Below, one piece after another: positions 22,353 through 33,900 of a DNA stretch of 48,534 bases. How positions within the stretch are numbered: position 1 is the stretch's first letter; every line of letters begins with the position of its first letter. Made by a program: the position numbers and the translations under genes. The stretch comes from Craspedostauros australis. Lineage: Eukaryota. The notes beneath the pieces were generated by a model. That model saw only the letters and a list, made by a program, of their open reading frames with translations, was not told where the DNA came from and made no database searches. The stretch covers positions 1 through 48,534 of the forward strand of contig JALAGF010003324.1 in assembly GCA_030167865.1 (NCBI GenBank), in the 5' to 3' direction.

Positions 22353-25300
22353 CTATTGCCGTACCTTGTTCTGCCGTTCAAACTGCCACGTCGCTGCCTT
22401 TTGTGCCATGGTCCCGGCCGTTTGGACCGTCTCCTTCGACCACCAGGCAGTGTCATCGTCGCCATCGTGCGGCGTTGCGGCATCAGGTCTTGACGATGAC
22501 GGTGACGAGAGCATCCATTCCGACGTATGACGGAATCGAATCACGATCCCTCGAGCCAACTCCACGCGCTCGTTGTGGATAGTGGAGTTGGATTGTCGCA
22601 CCAGCATGATCTGACGGATCAGTCGCCAGTACGTGCGCGCCAGCGGGTACAGGATATCCCAATTGGCCCATGCCTGACCAGTCGTGATGTTGTGATGACG
22701 GAAGAGTTCATCCTGAGTGGGGAATGACCCCCATTCCAACAACCGTGTGCTGTTGTGCAGGAGATCCATCACATGGGTGGAATCGGTGAAGATATCGATG
22801 TGTACCGTCGTATTGGACAAGGATGACGCCGTGGGTTGCGACGCCTGGGTAGGATTCTTCGTCAAAGTGGCGGTATCTTGCGAACGTTGGAACAGCAGAA
22901 TTTCCATCACGATGCGCAGCACCTCTCGACAGACATACAAACTGCACCGGTTCCGTGATGGGCGTCGATAAGGATATCGTGAGAGCAGAACTCCGCTGGA
23001 GAAATCAGTGCCAATTGTTGGCCCGGCGGTGTTGTTTGCCTTCCACATGGGGATGTCGTACAGCATTTCGTTCATCTTCCAAATGCTCTTGGCCGCGGTC
23101 TGCAACAACCTACCACGTATCTGTGGTACGTAGACGCAGAGTCCGCCCGTTGGTGGGGCATCCAAGGATGGATTCTGAAAGCTACGTCCGGTGCACAGGA
23201 TGGCCAGATACGCGCTGTCCTTGTTGTCGCTTTGGCGCCGTCGCTGTCCGGATAGCGAATGCCGGCGCAGCGTATCGAAGAGGTCCAACAAGTTGGTCTC
23301 GTTGGGGACGTAATTCTTACGGATGTCGTCCAGGAATGCTTGTCGTATAGATTCGGTTTTCTGTTCTCGGAGCCGATCCGACGAGATCTCGATCTTGGCT
23401 TCTGATTGGGCTAGTCGCTTCTTTGATGCCGCCGGCGCCGTCTTTTTTGCTGCGGTGGCTGCCATGTACTCGTACCGCACCTTGCCCTTGTAGACCAGCT
23501 GATTACGGATAACTCGGTACATGTAAGCAACGGAAGTGCCCGCACTTTTAGCGGCCTCATCTACGTTGGGAAAGACTTCCAACTGTGTCTTATCCTCGAC
23601 GTTGGTGGCCACAACTCGGCGTTTCACTCGATACCGCTGGGCTCTGATACCGCTAGTGGTGGATAACTCGATGATGGTGGCGTTACGACTTTCGTAACTG
23701 TCGATCCTATCCTGGAGGGACCGCTTGCTGACCATGAGGAGGGATGGGTTGGACACGATCCATTTGCGCAGCGTCTTGCGACACGGCGCGTGATCTTCCA
23801 GCAGGTCAAGTTTGGGCTGTAGAGATCCCTGGAGACTGTGCGTCAGCACCAACGGCGCCTTGAGCGTCATGTGGGCCAGTTGCGCCGTGGACAAGCCGAC
23901 GCGGTCACGCAAGTACAGCGTTTTAGGCCGTAGGTTGGATCGGTGGTTGAATCGCAACAACCCACCGCGACGGATCAGTTCTCCCACCTGCGGCAGAGAC
24001 AAGCCCAGCGTTTGATGGAAGAAGTGCGACATGGGCTTGATTTTGCGTTCCAAAGACGCTCCCAGGATGGATGGATTGGCTTTGAGCATGTCCACAAGGT
24101 CTTGGCGCTCTATTTTCAAGTCGTCTCGCAGATATCGTAGCTTGGGTCTGAGATTGAGTTCGACGCTGTAATGCAGGGTGGCTGGATACTCGAGGACCGA
24201 TCGCTGAATATTCGGTAGGGTCATGCCGACTTCGTCGCGCAAAAATGAGACGCGCTCGTGCAATTTTCCGACCGCCACGCCCAGCACTTGCGGATCTTGC
24301 ACGACGAGAGCGTGCATGTCTGGACTGGACAGCCGCAGGATGGATTGTACAGCATCCAAATGCCGTTGCAGGTGCCGCAACGTGTAGGTGCTGACGCGAT
24401 TGTGGATCTTGAGGATGGAATGCAGCTCGTGGTTGGTGAGCTGCAGCCTCATACGAAGGTAGGTGATGGCCTGCTCGTTGAGGACCCTGCGCATGGGACC
24501 GTTTCCCACAAAGTCCAAGCCGGGCTCAAGATCGAAGGACAGCAAGGATAGGGAGAAGGCGTCCAGCAGGATGCGTATCTGATGCCACGACAAGTGGAGC
24601 GTGCGCAGATAGGCGACAGCGTAGACGTCTTTTGGATCTGATCCAATGAGGTGGCCGTTGACTTCCCGCTCGACTTCCGCGAGTAGGTTCATGGTGATGG
24701 AGTTGACGGAGGCGAAGAAGGACAAGGATGGCTTCTGCGATCTGGTGGCGGTTGGATCCAGCGATAGGAAGTAGGGCAAATCCGACAGAATCCGAACCAC
24801 CTGCGGTGGGGTCAGCCCCACACCCCAACCTTCGGAAAGCTGCTTGGGCCAATCCACTCCTGTCACGGACTCTTCGTCGAGATGTGGTGATTGCGGCGAG
24901 ACGAGGAAGAGGATCCTTTCCTGCATCCAGCCCCGGTCCTTCTTCGGGAGCCGCGAGAGGTACTCCGCATTGCTGGTAACATCACTGGCACCATCGGCGT
25001 TGGTGAAGTGCTCATTCAGAGCGGTCATGACGATGCCGTACATCCGCACCGTGAGTGGTTGAAGAGTTCCTCTCCCGGAGAACCAGACCTTGTTGGTCGT
25101 GTTATACCAACCAACATCCTTGAGTCCAATGCCGGCAACGAAGTGTGGGACGTCCCCGACAGTGGCATCTGTGGAGGTTCGCTCATCTCCGTTCGTTGAT
25201 TCTGGTACCGTGATCGGGAGACCGACAGCGTGAGGATAGTGATGACGTGCCTGATCAAGCCAGCGGAAGCTTCGCAGCACCGTGGTTTGATTGGTCTGCG

Positions 25301-25724
25301 AGATATCGGCCTCGACCACCACGTGCCGATGGAAGTTCTTGGAATAGTAACAGTACTGCCATCTCGTGTCTGCCGTCGTCGCCATTGGCGGTGCCTCCAC
25401 GTGTGCGTCCTTTGTTGCAACCTGTGTTCTCAATTGCGTTTGTGCTGGTGCTGGTGCGGAGGCAGAAGGATCTTCACGCGTCTGCGGCTGCGCAGATGCC
25501 GGCGTGAATGTCTGCGTCTGGTTGCTCTGCTGCTGAATGTGGAACAGCGCCGGTTTCGCCATCTCCGCTGATCGTGCTCGCTGCAGGACATCCGTCGAAG
25601 CTGAGGATGCTGCGAAAGTTGCCGATGGTGATGTGAGGAGAACCGTTGGCGCAACATCGCGTTTCATCACGAAACCGTCAACGTTCCAAAGCAGCAGCGC
25701 CGAGAATACTTGGAGAACCCACAT
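22353..25724 (-). CDS. mTERF-family protein, probably plastid-targeted, with C-terminal NUMOD1-like and degenerate RNase H-like regions (1123 aa from ATG 25724)
   Basis: Bipartite-type presequence MWVLQVFSALLLWNVDG|FVMK. mTERF repeats include YPATLHYSVELNLRPKLRYLRDDL, NPSILGASLERKIKPMSHFF and APLVLTHSLQGSLQPKLDLL. Further motifs are LEVFPNVDEAAKSAG and HIDIFTDSTHV...ANWDIL. Confidence 0.85.
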   Translation of the reverse strand: MWVLQVFSALLLWNVDGFVMKRDVAPTVLLTSPSATFAASSASTDVLQRARSAEMAKPALFHIQQQSNQTQTFTPASAQPQTREDPSASAPAPAQTQLRTQVATKDAHVEAPPMATTADTRWQYCYYSKNFHRHVVVEADISQTNQTTVLRSFRWLDQARHHYPHAVGLPITVPESTNGDERTSTDATVGDVPHFVAGIGLKDVGWYNTTNKVWFSGRGTLQPLTVRMYGIVMTALNEHFTNADGASDVTSNAEYLSRLPKKDRGWMQERILFLVSPQSPHLDEESVTGVDWPKQLSEGWGVGLTPPQVVRILSDLPYFLSLDPTATRSQKPSLSFFASVNSITMNLLAEVEREVNGHLIGSDPKDVYAVAYLRTLHLSWHQIRILLDAFSLSLLSFDLEPGLDFVGNGPMRRVLNEQAITYLRMRLQLTNHELHSILKIHNRVSTYTLRHLQRHLDAVQSILRLSSPDMHALVVQDPQVLGVAVGKLHERVSFLRDEVGMTLPNIQRSVLEYPATLHYSVELNLRPKLRYLRDDLKIERQDLVDMLKANPSILGASLERKIKPMSHFFHQTLGLSLPQVGELIRRGGLLRFNHRSNLRPKTLYLRDRVGLSTAQLAHMTLKAPLVLTHSLQGSLQPKLDLLEDHAPCRKTLRKWIVSNPSLLMVSKRSLQDRIDSYESRNATIIELSTTSGIRAQRYRVKRRVVATNVEDKTQLEVFPNVDEAAKSAGTSVAYMYRVIRNQLVYKGKVRYEYMAATAAKKTAPAASKKRLAQSEAKIEISSDRLREQKTESIRQAFLDDIRKNYVPNETNLLDLFDTLRRHSLSGQRRRQSDNKDSAYLAILCTGRSFQNPSLDAPPTGGLCVYVPQIRGRLLQTAAKSIWKMNEMLYDIPMWKANNTAGPTIGTDFSSGVLLSRYPYRRPSRNRCSLYVCREVLRIVMEILLFQRSQDTATLTKNPTQASQPTASSLSNTTVHIDIFTDSTHVMDLLHNSTRLLEWGSFPTQDELFRHHNITTGQAWANWDILYPLARTYWRLIRQIMLVRQSNSTIHNERVELARGIVIRFRHTSEWMLSSPSSSRPDAATPHDGDDDTAWWSKETVQTAGTMAQKAATWQFERQNKVRQ

Positions 25725-26668
25725 GACCGACAAGCTCCTTCGTTTCAGGAGGGCAGCAGCTGCTCTGCAGATTGTATGCACTCTACTACCGTGGAATCCA
25801 GCCCGGTCTGCTTCTCTCACTACGCTACAATACGGCGATCTGCTTGTGCTTTCTGCAACCCTCTTCTTCGCCCAATGCAGCTCAGTTCACGGCTCGATGA
25901 CACTCACGGCCAACAGTCAACAGTCAACAGTCACCCCAATGCCACTTCTCTGCTTCCTCCTTGTTGCATTGTCGTTGTGTCTCTCTCTATCCCTCTATCG
26001 CTCTATCGCTTGTATTATTATATGTATTCTGTGTGTGCGTGCGAAAGGGTTGCGATCTCTACCCGTGAGGCTTCAGGATCACCTGCTCTCTCTGATTCAC
26101 CTCGATCCTTCTTCTGTTCCTGTGTCAGAATGTTGTGACCGGCAGAACCGCGAACTCTTTTCAGAACAACTGGAGGCTTCGTTCCCTCTGAGATTGCGCG
26201 AGCACTTGGCGTGGAGAACGAGTGTCCTTGGACATTTGTGCGTGCATCGATCGTGTCTGTTGATGTTGCTTGCGTGTGTGACACGCGAACTCTTCGTTTT
26301 GGATTTGCGTTCGATTGTCTGTCATGACGTCACCCTTCAACTGCCAGCAACGCAGATAAACGCTAACTCTGCGCATCGTATTCGTATGAGTCAAACACGA
26401 CAAAATCGTTCTTCGTGATCCAAAACGAACCACACAGGAAACTGTTGAATCTCACAACCCTCAACCAAGAGATCGTCACCAAACAGAAGCACGCACTAAC
26501 GTGGACAGGGCGCGTTGACGATGACCATGACGGCGACGGAGTCAAGCTGTTGCCGTTGCCCATCGACATTGACAACAACATCGACATCAATCAACCGGAT
26601 GTCGCACATCAACAACCAAATCTGCAGCCAGATCGATTCGAGGAGGATAGAATCGGCGACTCAGCAAC

Positions 26669-28147
26669 ATGAGACGAGATGACTCGAACAAAATGAACTT
26701 CGTTTCCGTTGGCTTCTTCACGGTCTTTGCTATCGCGGTCCTGCGACTGGTGTTTTGGTACCATGATCACCGCTCAGCAAAACGGAGGATACGTCGCACC
26801 AACCCAACCAGATTCGCCTTCTTCCATCCATACTGCAGTGGTGGAGGTGGCGGAGAGCGGGTGCTCTGGAAGATGATCCAGATCTTGCAACGGCACAACA
26901 AGGAATGTACCATCTACACCATCGATCCGCCAGGGGAGATCGATGAACATCAATTACGTGCGGATGCCATGCGACGATTCGACGTCAAGGTTCCCCAACC
27001 GGTCAAGCTCGTCTCCTTGCATCGGCATAGCCATTTTCTCGAACCCAAGCCCTTCCTGTCCCTCGTCCGCGAATCCATCGGTACCATGCAGTTGGCCCAT
27101 CATGCCTTGCAAGAGAATGATGACTTCGACGTGTTCTTGGACACCACCGGGTGCGCTTTCACCTTTTGGGTCGTGCGGTTCTGGTTCCATCGCAAAAAAC
27201 GCTCAGACAAACACACAGTCCAACCCTGGATCGTCCCGTACGTCCATTATCCCACCATCTCGACTGACATGATGCAATGGGAGGAAACGGCACATCCGGA
27301 TCGTGCCTGGTGGAAGACGATGCTCAAGCTGCGGTACTATCGACTCTTTGCCTGGCTTTACGGATGGGTGGGAGAGTCGGCCGATCTGGTCCTCGTCAAC
27401 TCCACGTGGACGTTCAATCACATTGATGCCCTGTGGAATGTGTCATCGTCTCACGGCGCCGCCTCAGGCCAATCAATCGACATTGTGTATCCACCCTGCC
27501 GCGTACCACCTGTCGATCCCGCATTGAGCTCATCCAAGCGTGACTGCGCCATCGTCAGCATCGGTCAGTTCCGACCGGAAAAGAATCACAAGCTGCAAGT
27601 TCTCTCCCTGCGAAGGCTGGTGGATATGCTCAGGAGCAGCAAATCACCGGAGGCCCGATCCATCATTCCCGATCTCAAGCTCATTCTCATTGGCAGCTGC
27701 CGCAACGACGACGACCGCGGACGCGTCACCGAGCTCAAATCCATCGTCGCTGATCACGACCTCAGAGATCATGTCGAGTTCCGCATCAATCCACCCTACG
27801 CCGAGCTCAAGCAATGCATCGACAGCTCCAGCATCGGCATCCACACCATGAGACAGGAGCACTTCGGCATCGGCATCGTGGAATTGATGGCATCCGGTCT
27901 CCTGGTCGTCGCGCACGATTCCGGAGGACCCAAAACGGATATCGTCAAGCCACACGAAACAGGATTCCTGGCAACGACGGTGGATCAGTACGCGGAAGCA
28001 ATGCGCGAAGCGCTGACAATGAGCCCAAACCAACAACGCCACATGCGCCAAAGTGCCCAAGAATCGGCGCAAAGGTTCTCGGATGCCATGTTTGATGAAC
28101 GGTTGGAACGAAGTCTGGCCAACCTGTTGGTGCAAGATGACACCTGA
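26669..28147 (+). CDS. ALG11: GDP-Man:Man3GlcNAc2-PP-dolichol alpha-1,2-mannosyltransferase (GT4), 492 aa
   Basis: N-terminal TM followed by the ALG11 signatures AFFHPYCSGGGGGERVLW, DTTGCAFT, YVHYPTISTDM, VNSTWT, SIGQFRPEKNH and EHFGIGIVELMASG...HDSGGP. Confidence 0.96.
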   Translation: MRRDDSNKMNFVSVGFFTVFAIAVLRLVFWYHDHRSAKRRIRRTNPTRFAFFHPYCSGGGGGERVLWKMIQILQRHNKECTIYTIDPPGEIDEHQLRADAMRRFDVKVPQPVKLVSLHRHSHFLEPKPFLSLVRESIGTMQLAHHALQENDDFDVFLDTTGCAFTFWVVRFWFHRKKRSDKHTVQPWIVPYVHYPTISTDMMQWEETAHPDRAWWKTMLKLRYYRLFAWLYGWVGESADLVLVNSTWTFNHIDALWNVSSSHGAASGQSIDIVYPPCRVPPVDPALSSSKRDCAIVSIGQFRPEKNHKLQVLSLRRLVDMLRSSKSPEARSIIPDLKLILIGSCRNDDDRGRVTELKSIVADHDLRDHVEFRINPPYAELKQCIDSSSIGIHTMRQEHFGIGIVELMASGLLVVAHDSGGPKTDIVKPHETGFLATTVDQYAEAMREALTMSPNQQRHMRQSAQESAQRFSDAMFDERLERSLANLLVQDDT

Positions 28148-28997
28148 TGACTTGTATTGGAAGATGGCATATGAAGTGGCATTTTCTCTGGAAAATCGCA
28201 ACATTGTGTAACTCTATGGAGTGTTAAAAGATATCAATCTACCCCTTGTCGTCATGCTACCAATCATGAATACCCGTAGAGTGCGAGTACTCTCAAATGT
28301 CTTGTGGTTTGCGTATGTCCAAGGTGATGGAGTCTGCGATTCGATTCCATACGTGTAGTCTACGGAATTGGAGATAGAACTGGCCGTGTCATCCAACGAC
28401 TTGATAGACCAATCCAAAAATCGACTAAATCGATCATTTCGATCAACTGCGCTGACTTGTGTTGGTGGCTTGCAACGTACGCGAAAACTTGGGATGAGCA
28501 GAGAGACGTGGAACGCAATCCATCTCATTTGCGTTATCGTCGCCACTCTTCGCCCGAGCACCGGACAGATCGGATTGAGTAGTTATACTCCCAAGTGCTT
28601 CCTTTTCGTACCATACTCGTACTTGTTTGGCACGTTCCGCCGGTTCCTCTCCGGTGCTGCTGTTTGCCCTATTCATTTGATTTTGGCAGAGCATGTATAC
28701 CGTGTTTGTGAGTGTGCCCTGGGCACAACTCGCCCGCCCACCCTTCTGATTTTTAGACCTTTCTGCTTGTAGTAGTATTGGTGATAATGTTAGAACACGC
28801 AGTGGCTTGGTTGCGAACTAAAAGTCTTCCAGCGATTCGCTGGACACTGTCTCAATGCTTCTAACATGGGTGTAGATTGGCTCGTTGGGGGTGTTCCCTG
28901 GTCATCTCATTCGTTCTCTTGGCCTTGGCATTCTTGGAAATGACGACGATGATGCCATCCAAGGATTGCAACGGTACCGCCTTTGATGTGGGTGGCG

Positions 28998-30906
28998 TTA
29001 CATGGCTTCAGCCGCCGATTTGGTTGCTGAGTGCGTTGCCGCATGGGTCATGGTGCCCTGGGTCGCCGCAACCTCGGAACGATCAGTTCCGGTTTCGTCC
29101 CTGTACTGCCGTTGAATCCATTCGAGGTGATGTTCACGAATGATGTTGCCATCGTCAGTCATTGGGAAGGATGCCGAGTCTATGTGGTGGTCCTTGAGGC
29201 GAGACTTGTACTCTGGCGATGTGGCTACTCAAGCAAAATGGTGTTTGGAAACGCAACGGATACATACGCGTACGTACATGCGAATCCAGATGCCATTGAG
29301 AACCAAGTTCAGCATACCAGTATGGCATGATACGTACGATAATGCCATGTGGTAGAGCGCGGTGAGCAAAGGACGGACCCAATAGTGTCAGTTCCAAGAG
29401 TCATGGGGTGCAGCGTATGGTGACTTGCAACCACAAGGGCCAGGCCAGACCGATCACAATCACATGGTGGCATCGTCTTCGCACCTGCAATGCTCATGGG
29501 CGTGTATGCATAATTGCGCAATCCTGCAAGACTCATTAGAGTCCTCGTATTATGCAGTACTTTCGCAGTACTTTCGCAATACTTACCAAGATGGACTTTG
29601 AAGGTGACCTTTTGCTGCGGTGACAGCGCGGTTTCGTACAGGTAGGCGACCGAATCCAACAAAACAAGATCATCGTGAACGAGATGCATGGCCTTGACAT
29701 GGATGGGGGCTGCGAATCTGAGAAATCGCTGGAGCTTCATGAAAAGTCGGACGTCGAACTCGTCATTGGTGAGGCTTTTACTTTCATAGTGGACCCACAC
29801 GACGCCTCTCCGCGGTGCCCCATCCGCTCTTGATACGCAGTCGATGAAGTACACGAGTGCTCGGAGCTGAAGAAAGGAGAAAGAGTGTGAGAAAACAAGA
29901 ACAAGAGCAAGAGCAAGAGCAAGAAGGGCGAGGATGAGGTACAAGCAGTATCTGTGGGCATCCACATCATGCGCCGCGCGTCTCTGCTGCATTCAAGAAT
30001 GATCACGAGGTCGGCTGGTCAACAGCGATTCGCGAATGGTGTTGGGTTTATGTCAGGCATCTTTTGATGATGCCTGATCTTGTATACCCGTGCACAGTTG
30101 CTGGCTTGCGACCATGCAGGATCGATATCGCGGAATACGGCGTGCCAACAAAGTGGGCAGGGTGCTGTCTTCTCGCCTCCATCTCAATATACTCGTGCAG
30201 TGATGTATGATATAATATATCAACACGAGCATTGATCATGCAGGATTGCGATTGACACACTCACCATGTGGTTGGTTGCAAATTGGTGTGTCGTCGGACC
30301 ATGGACAAAGATGATGAATGGTGTAGCATCATCCGTCTGCACTGCATCATCCTGCGTGCTTACTGCGGCACGCATCGGAAGCAACTGTATGCCTCCTGAG
30401 AATAGCGCGGCGCGTTCACCGCGAGACAGATCCGACATGGAGATTTGCTTGCCACCAACGCTATCGCCGAAGAACTCTCTCGTCATGTCAAAATATTGGA
30501 TGAAGCGATGCGCGGCCAGGCCCACATGAAATCGTTCTACTCGCAGGAACTTCAGGCGTAGCCGGGGATCCGTCCTGATGATGCTATTCCGATCACATGC
30601 GATCCTGTACGCCGCCGTCTCGGTGTCATCCATCATCATGATGACCTCATCCAGTCTTCGAAGGTGGTCTTGAGCAAGCAAGGAGTCGGAGTCTTCTGAG
30701 GGGGCGCCTCGATTGTTGTCATGAGCAGTAGAATGTGAAAGTTGTTGCTCTTCCGGTTCCTTTCGTGGGCTTCCACGAGTTTTGCTGTTGCCTCTGCTGC
30801 CTCTGTTGGCGTCTGTATCTCTCGCCAGGAATGCTGCATGCGCTCTGTCGGAGATATCGCCTGCGTGCTGCGGCGATTGTGGCGACTGAGCATCATGTTC
30901 CGACAT
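28998..30906 (-). CDS. Spliced CRAL-TRIO-like protein of the diatom DUF6824-associated family, lacking the DUF6824 domain (about 382 aa); exons 30906-30265, 29866-29587, 29224-28998
   Basis: Exon 1 has AYRIA...DPRLRLKFLRVERFHVGLAAHRFIQYF, homologous to the 35867 gene. Introns are ATG|GTGAGT...TTCAG|CTC (phase 0) and CTTG|GTAAGT...GAGTAG|CC (phase 1). Exon 3 is not in the ORF track and reads (A)TSPEYKSRLKDHHIDSASFPMTDDGNIIREHHLEWIQR...AAEAM-stop, aligning with GTHMECQYELMAFGISQNIFPIDNAG of the paralogue. Confidence 0.72.
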
Positions 30907-33900
30907 GTTGTTGAGCTCGTGGCGAATGTTGCGTTGGTGATGGAATGTGTACTGTATCCAACAAGCCGATGCGCAGCCGATACTCGGATGACAGGCCTGA
31001 CACGTTCCTGTACCTGTGGCACTGGGTTATACTGTGTCAGTTCTGACGTGCTGACGATGAATGGTGATGTTGCGGATCGATTAATGGCGACAATGATAGA
31101 GGTCGCAAAAGTGTTGGGGCAGCAGGAGCAGAAGCACGGAAGGAGCAACTCGAAGAAACAGTAAACGAGGGGAAGATTGAGTGGAGCCAGGAGAGCGCGA
31201 GTGAGAGTGAGGGCTAAAGCCTACCGATCAGATCGGGAGATGACTTGCTGTGATCTTGGTGGTGATTGCGCTAGTGATCGTACCGGTGGTCGTGCTGGAG
31301 GCACTTGTTGCCGTCGCCGATGGCGGTGATTTCTGAGGCGATGACGTTGGTTCTGTGCTTTTCGATTGGCAGGTCTTGCCTCTTTGCGATGATACGGACG
31401 GTTGGCATCAAGAGATCGGCCAGGATACTGTATTCAGTAATCGTGATGGGAAGGAGGAGCGAAGGGGGAGTACAACGCGATCAGCAAAACACGAAAAGTG
31501 TACCGCATCGTGCTTCGCGAAAGGGAGCATTCCGGCCGGGAAAGTCGCAAATTGCGATTCCTCCAATCGTCGCTCGCAGAGAGGTACACGGGCGAAGCCC
31601 GTGCACTCTCGTTTTGTCTCCAACGCAAATCGCCAACCGTGACAAAAATGTGCATTCTTCGCTGGCATCCGAGTCACGCATTCAGAGAGCAGTTCCAAGC
31701 TACCAAACATGTTCGTACTCGTACTCGTGGCGTACGAGCCATCCATTCCCGCGCCAGTACAGAGTCTGCCTTCAACCCATGAACATCTCTGGAGGCACAG
31801 TCACATTTCGCGACCCCGAGGAAGCATCGTGTTTGAATTGCGAGAGAGTCGGAGAGACAAACAGACAGAGAGATCTAGACGAAAGTTGGTTCGCGTTTTG
31901 GCTGCTGCACGACCCACGCGAGAGAATCAAGCCAAAATATCGTCAGAGAATCAACGATGCTGACGAGAGGATGGTGCAGTCTGGGATGCCAGTACTCCAT
32001 AAGTACTCTGTACCATTATGGGACGCGGCTCTCTCTCCCCAGAGGATGCAAAGCTCGATGTCTGACGCCGCCGTCGTGTTCTCTTGCTTCTGAGCGACAG
32101 ATTTCCTCCTCCAAAGGTATCCCAGTCGCGAGATTTTCGTGTTGGCGCCATGCGTTGTGTCGTATAATACATCTTAGCACACGAGCGCAAAATTGCCACG
32201 ACAATGCGAGAAGGGCCGGTTGTGAAGGCGTCATCGTTGGATGTGACAACATTTTTGCCAACGAGAGGAGCACGGCAAGACCTCTGCAGAGTGCAGTAGT
32301 CAAATGCTCTCGCAGGCCACAAATCAGCTTCTGTGTTCTGAAACTCGTGACGGAGGATTTGTCTGCCGTTTCTGTGATTGGGGCGACGCCGAACTCAAAC
32401 TCGCCCATGCTTTGGTAGACAGAACATCTTGTCCGGACAAGAATACTCCTGCGTTCTTCTCAACTCTTGTCTCTGGCCTTCTTGGTGGTCACTTTTTCCA
32501 CCCGAAAAAAGAGAAGGGTCCAGCATCGCACTGCGAACAAGGCAAGGACAACGGAAAGATGACAAGAGACAACAAATGATTTCCTTCCTCGTACTTCAAG
32601 GCCGCCATTCTCGATGTTCTCCATCAATCACTCCGTCTGCTCTATCACAGTAACAGCTGATGCTTGGATGTATGGCTCAGGAGGTACAAGAAACTGTTGG
32701 CTTCAACTCACAAATGGAGACGGACAATTGGCCTTCTTTGCAGTGGGGAAAGGAGGCCTGTTGCGGCGCGACCTGCCACACAATCGTTGTCACTTGCCCT
32801 TCAGGAAAGCAAACTCCCCCATCGAACAAGACAAGCGAGAAAGAAAGTTTCGGCTTGGTTCGAGTAAGCACATAACAGATCAACTCTTCTTCAATACCAT
32901 GTACTGGTCTTGAAGACCCAAGGTGTGGTGCAATAGAATCGTGCCACAAATCGGCGAAAGATCGAACAGCGCATGAGATGAAGTGCACGCTGGAGAGAAC
33001 GATGTGCTGAAGAAAGTCAGCTTCCGGACGATCTCATCAAAGAATGTGAAGCCATGAACAGCGCTGGAGCTGGAAGTCAGCGCAAGGTGGTCGCTCTTGA
33101 TAGCGGCAGAGTGAAGGCATTGGCCCAGCATGTTGGTGGAACCGGTCGCATCGTACTTGATCGCAACCCCCGTCTACGCTAAAGAGAAAGAGAGGCAGAG
33201 GCAAAGGCAGCAAAGATGAGGAGGAACTCGAGAGGTTGCTCTGCTGATGTATCGGCATTCTACGTGCACTCTGCCCGATCTTGGGTGCCATGCTTTGCCG
33301 CGCTGGTCTATGGCCGTGGAGAGTTGCAATTCATTGAGATGTCGCCACGCCGTACATGTACACAGGTCGGCATCTTTCCATACTCAGATGGTATAACACG
33401 ATACATGCACGGATGCACACATGCATGCGTGTGCCTACCTACTCATACGTACCTGTTGGGCTGCCTAACGAAACGATCTCGAGGAAGTCACCAACGTATT
33501 GCATCCATTGCTTAAGCAGCAGCACGTTTCTACTCAGAAACTACAAGGGGACAGATACGCGTGCCAACACATTCGTAGGCAACCAACCATGATGCCAAAG
33601 ATGGAACCGACCATTCTAATAGCATGGCGTTCAATCAATCACGAAGATTCAAGCATGCTTCGGTCGCATGCCATGACAAACAATCGATGACAGCCTCAGG
33701 CCAACCCTCGAGGCAGAATCACAAGCCCGCATTGACGACACCGTGGATTCCAGCCTGACTCGTCGAAGCTGGACAATCCATTCATTCATTCATGGAGATA
33801 TGATATGCGACGGAATGAGAAAATGACAACATCAGCCAAACCGAAGTGCGTATTACACATTCAATGATCATCACACATCATCGAAAGCACGTGATGCGGG

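Noticed and set aside
22400-23220. RNase H-like region considered as a retrotransposon remnant
   Set aside because: It is in frame within an intact mTERF gene, with no RT, integrase, gag or LTRs nearby; treated as a fused domain.
25537-26418. 293-aa plus-strand ORF between mTERF and ALG11
   Set aside because: Non-ATG start, overlaps the mTERF 5' end in antisense, runs through CT-rich promoter-like DNA, and has no domain features.
6841-28147. Idea that the DENN, EF-hand, silaffin-like and ALG11 genes form a functional secretion/cell-wall gene cluster
   Set aside because: Adjacency alone is weak evidence in a eukaryotic genome, unrelated genes are interspersed, and no synteny or co-expression data are available.
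29309-29586. Read-through or 63-nt-intron alternative for the 3' end of the left CRAL-TRIO-like gene
   Set aside because: The resulting peptide has no similarity to the paralogue, whereas the acceptor at 29225 gives a well-aligned exon. It cannot be excluded as a minor isoform.
31305-32093. 262-aa ORF in the long intergenic interval
   Set aside because: No recognisable motif and composition unlike the neighbouring genes; cannot be supported without expression data.
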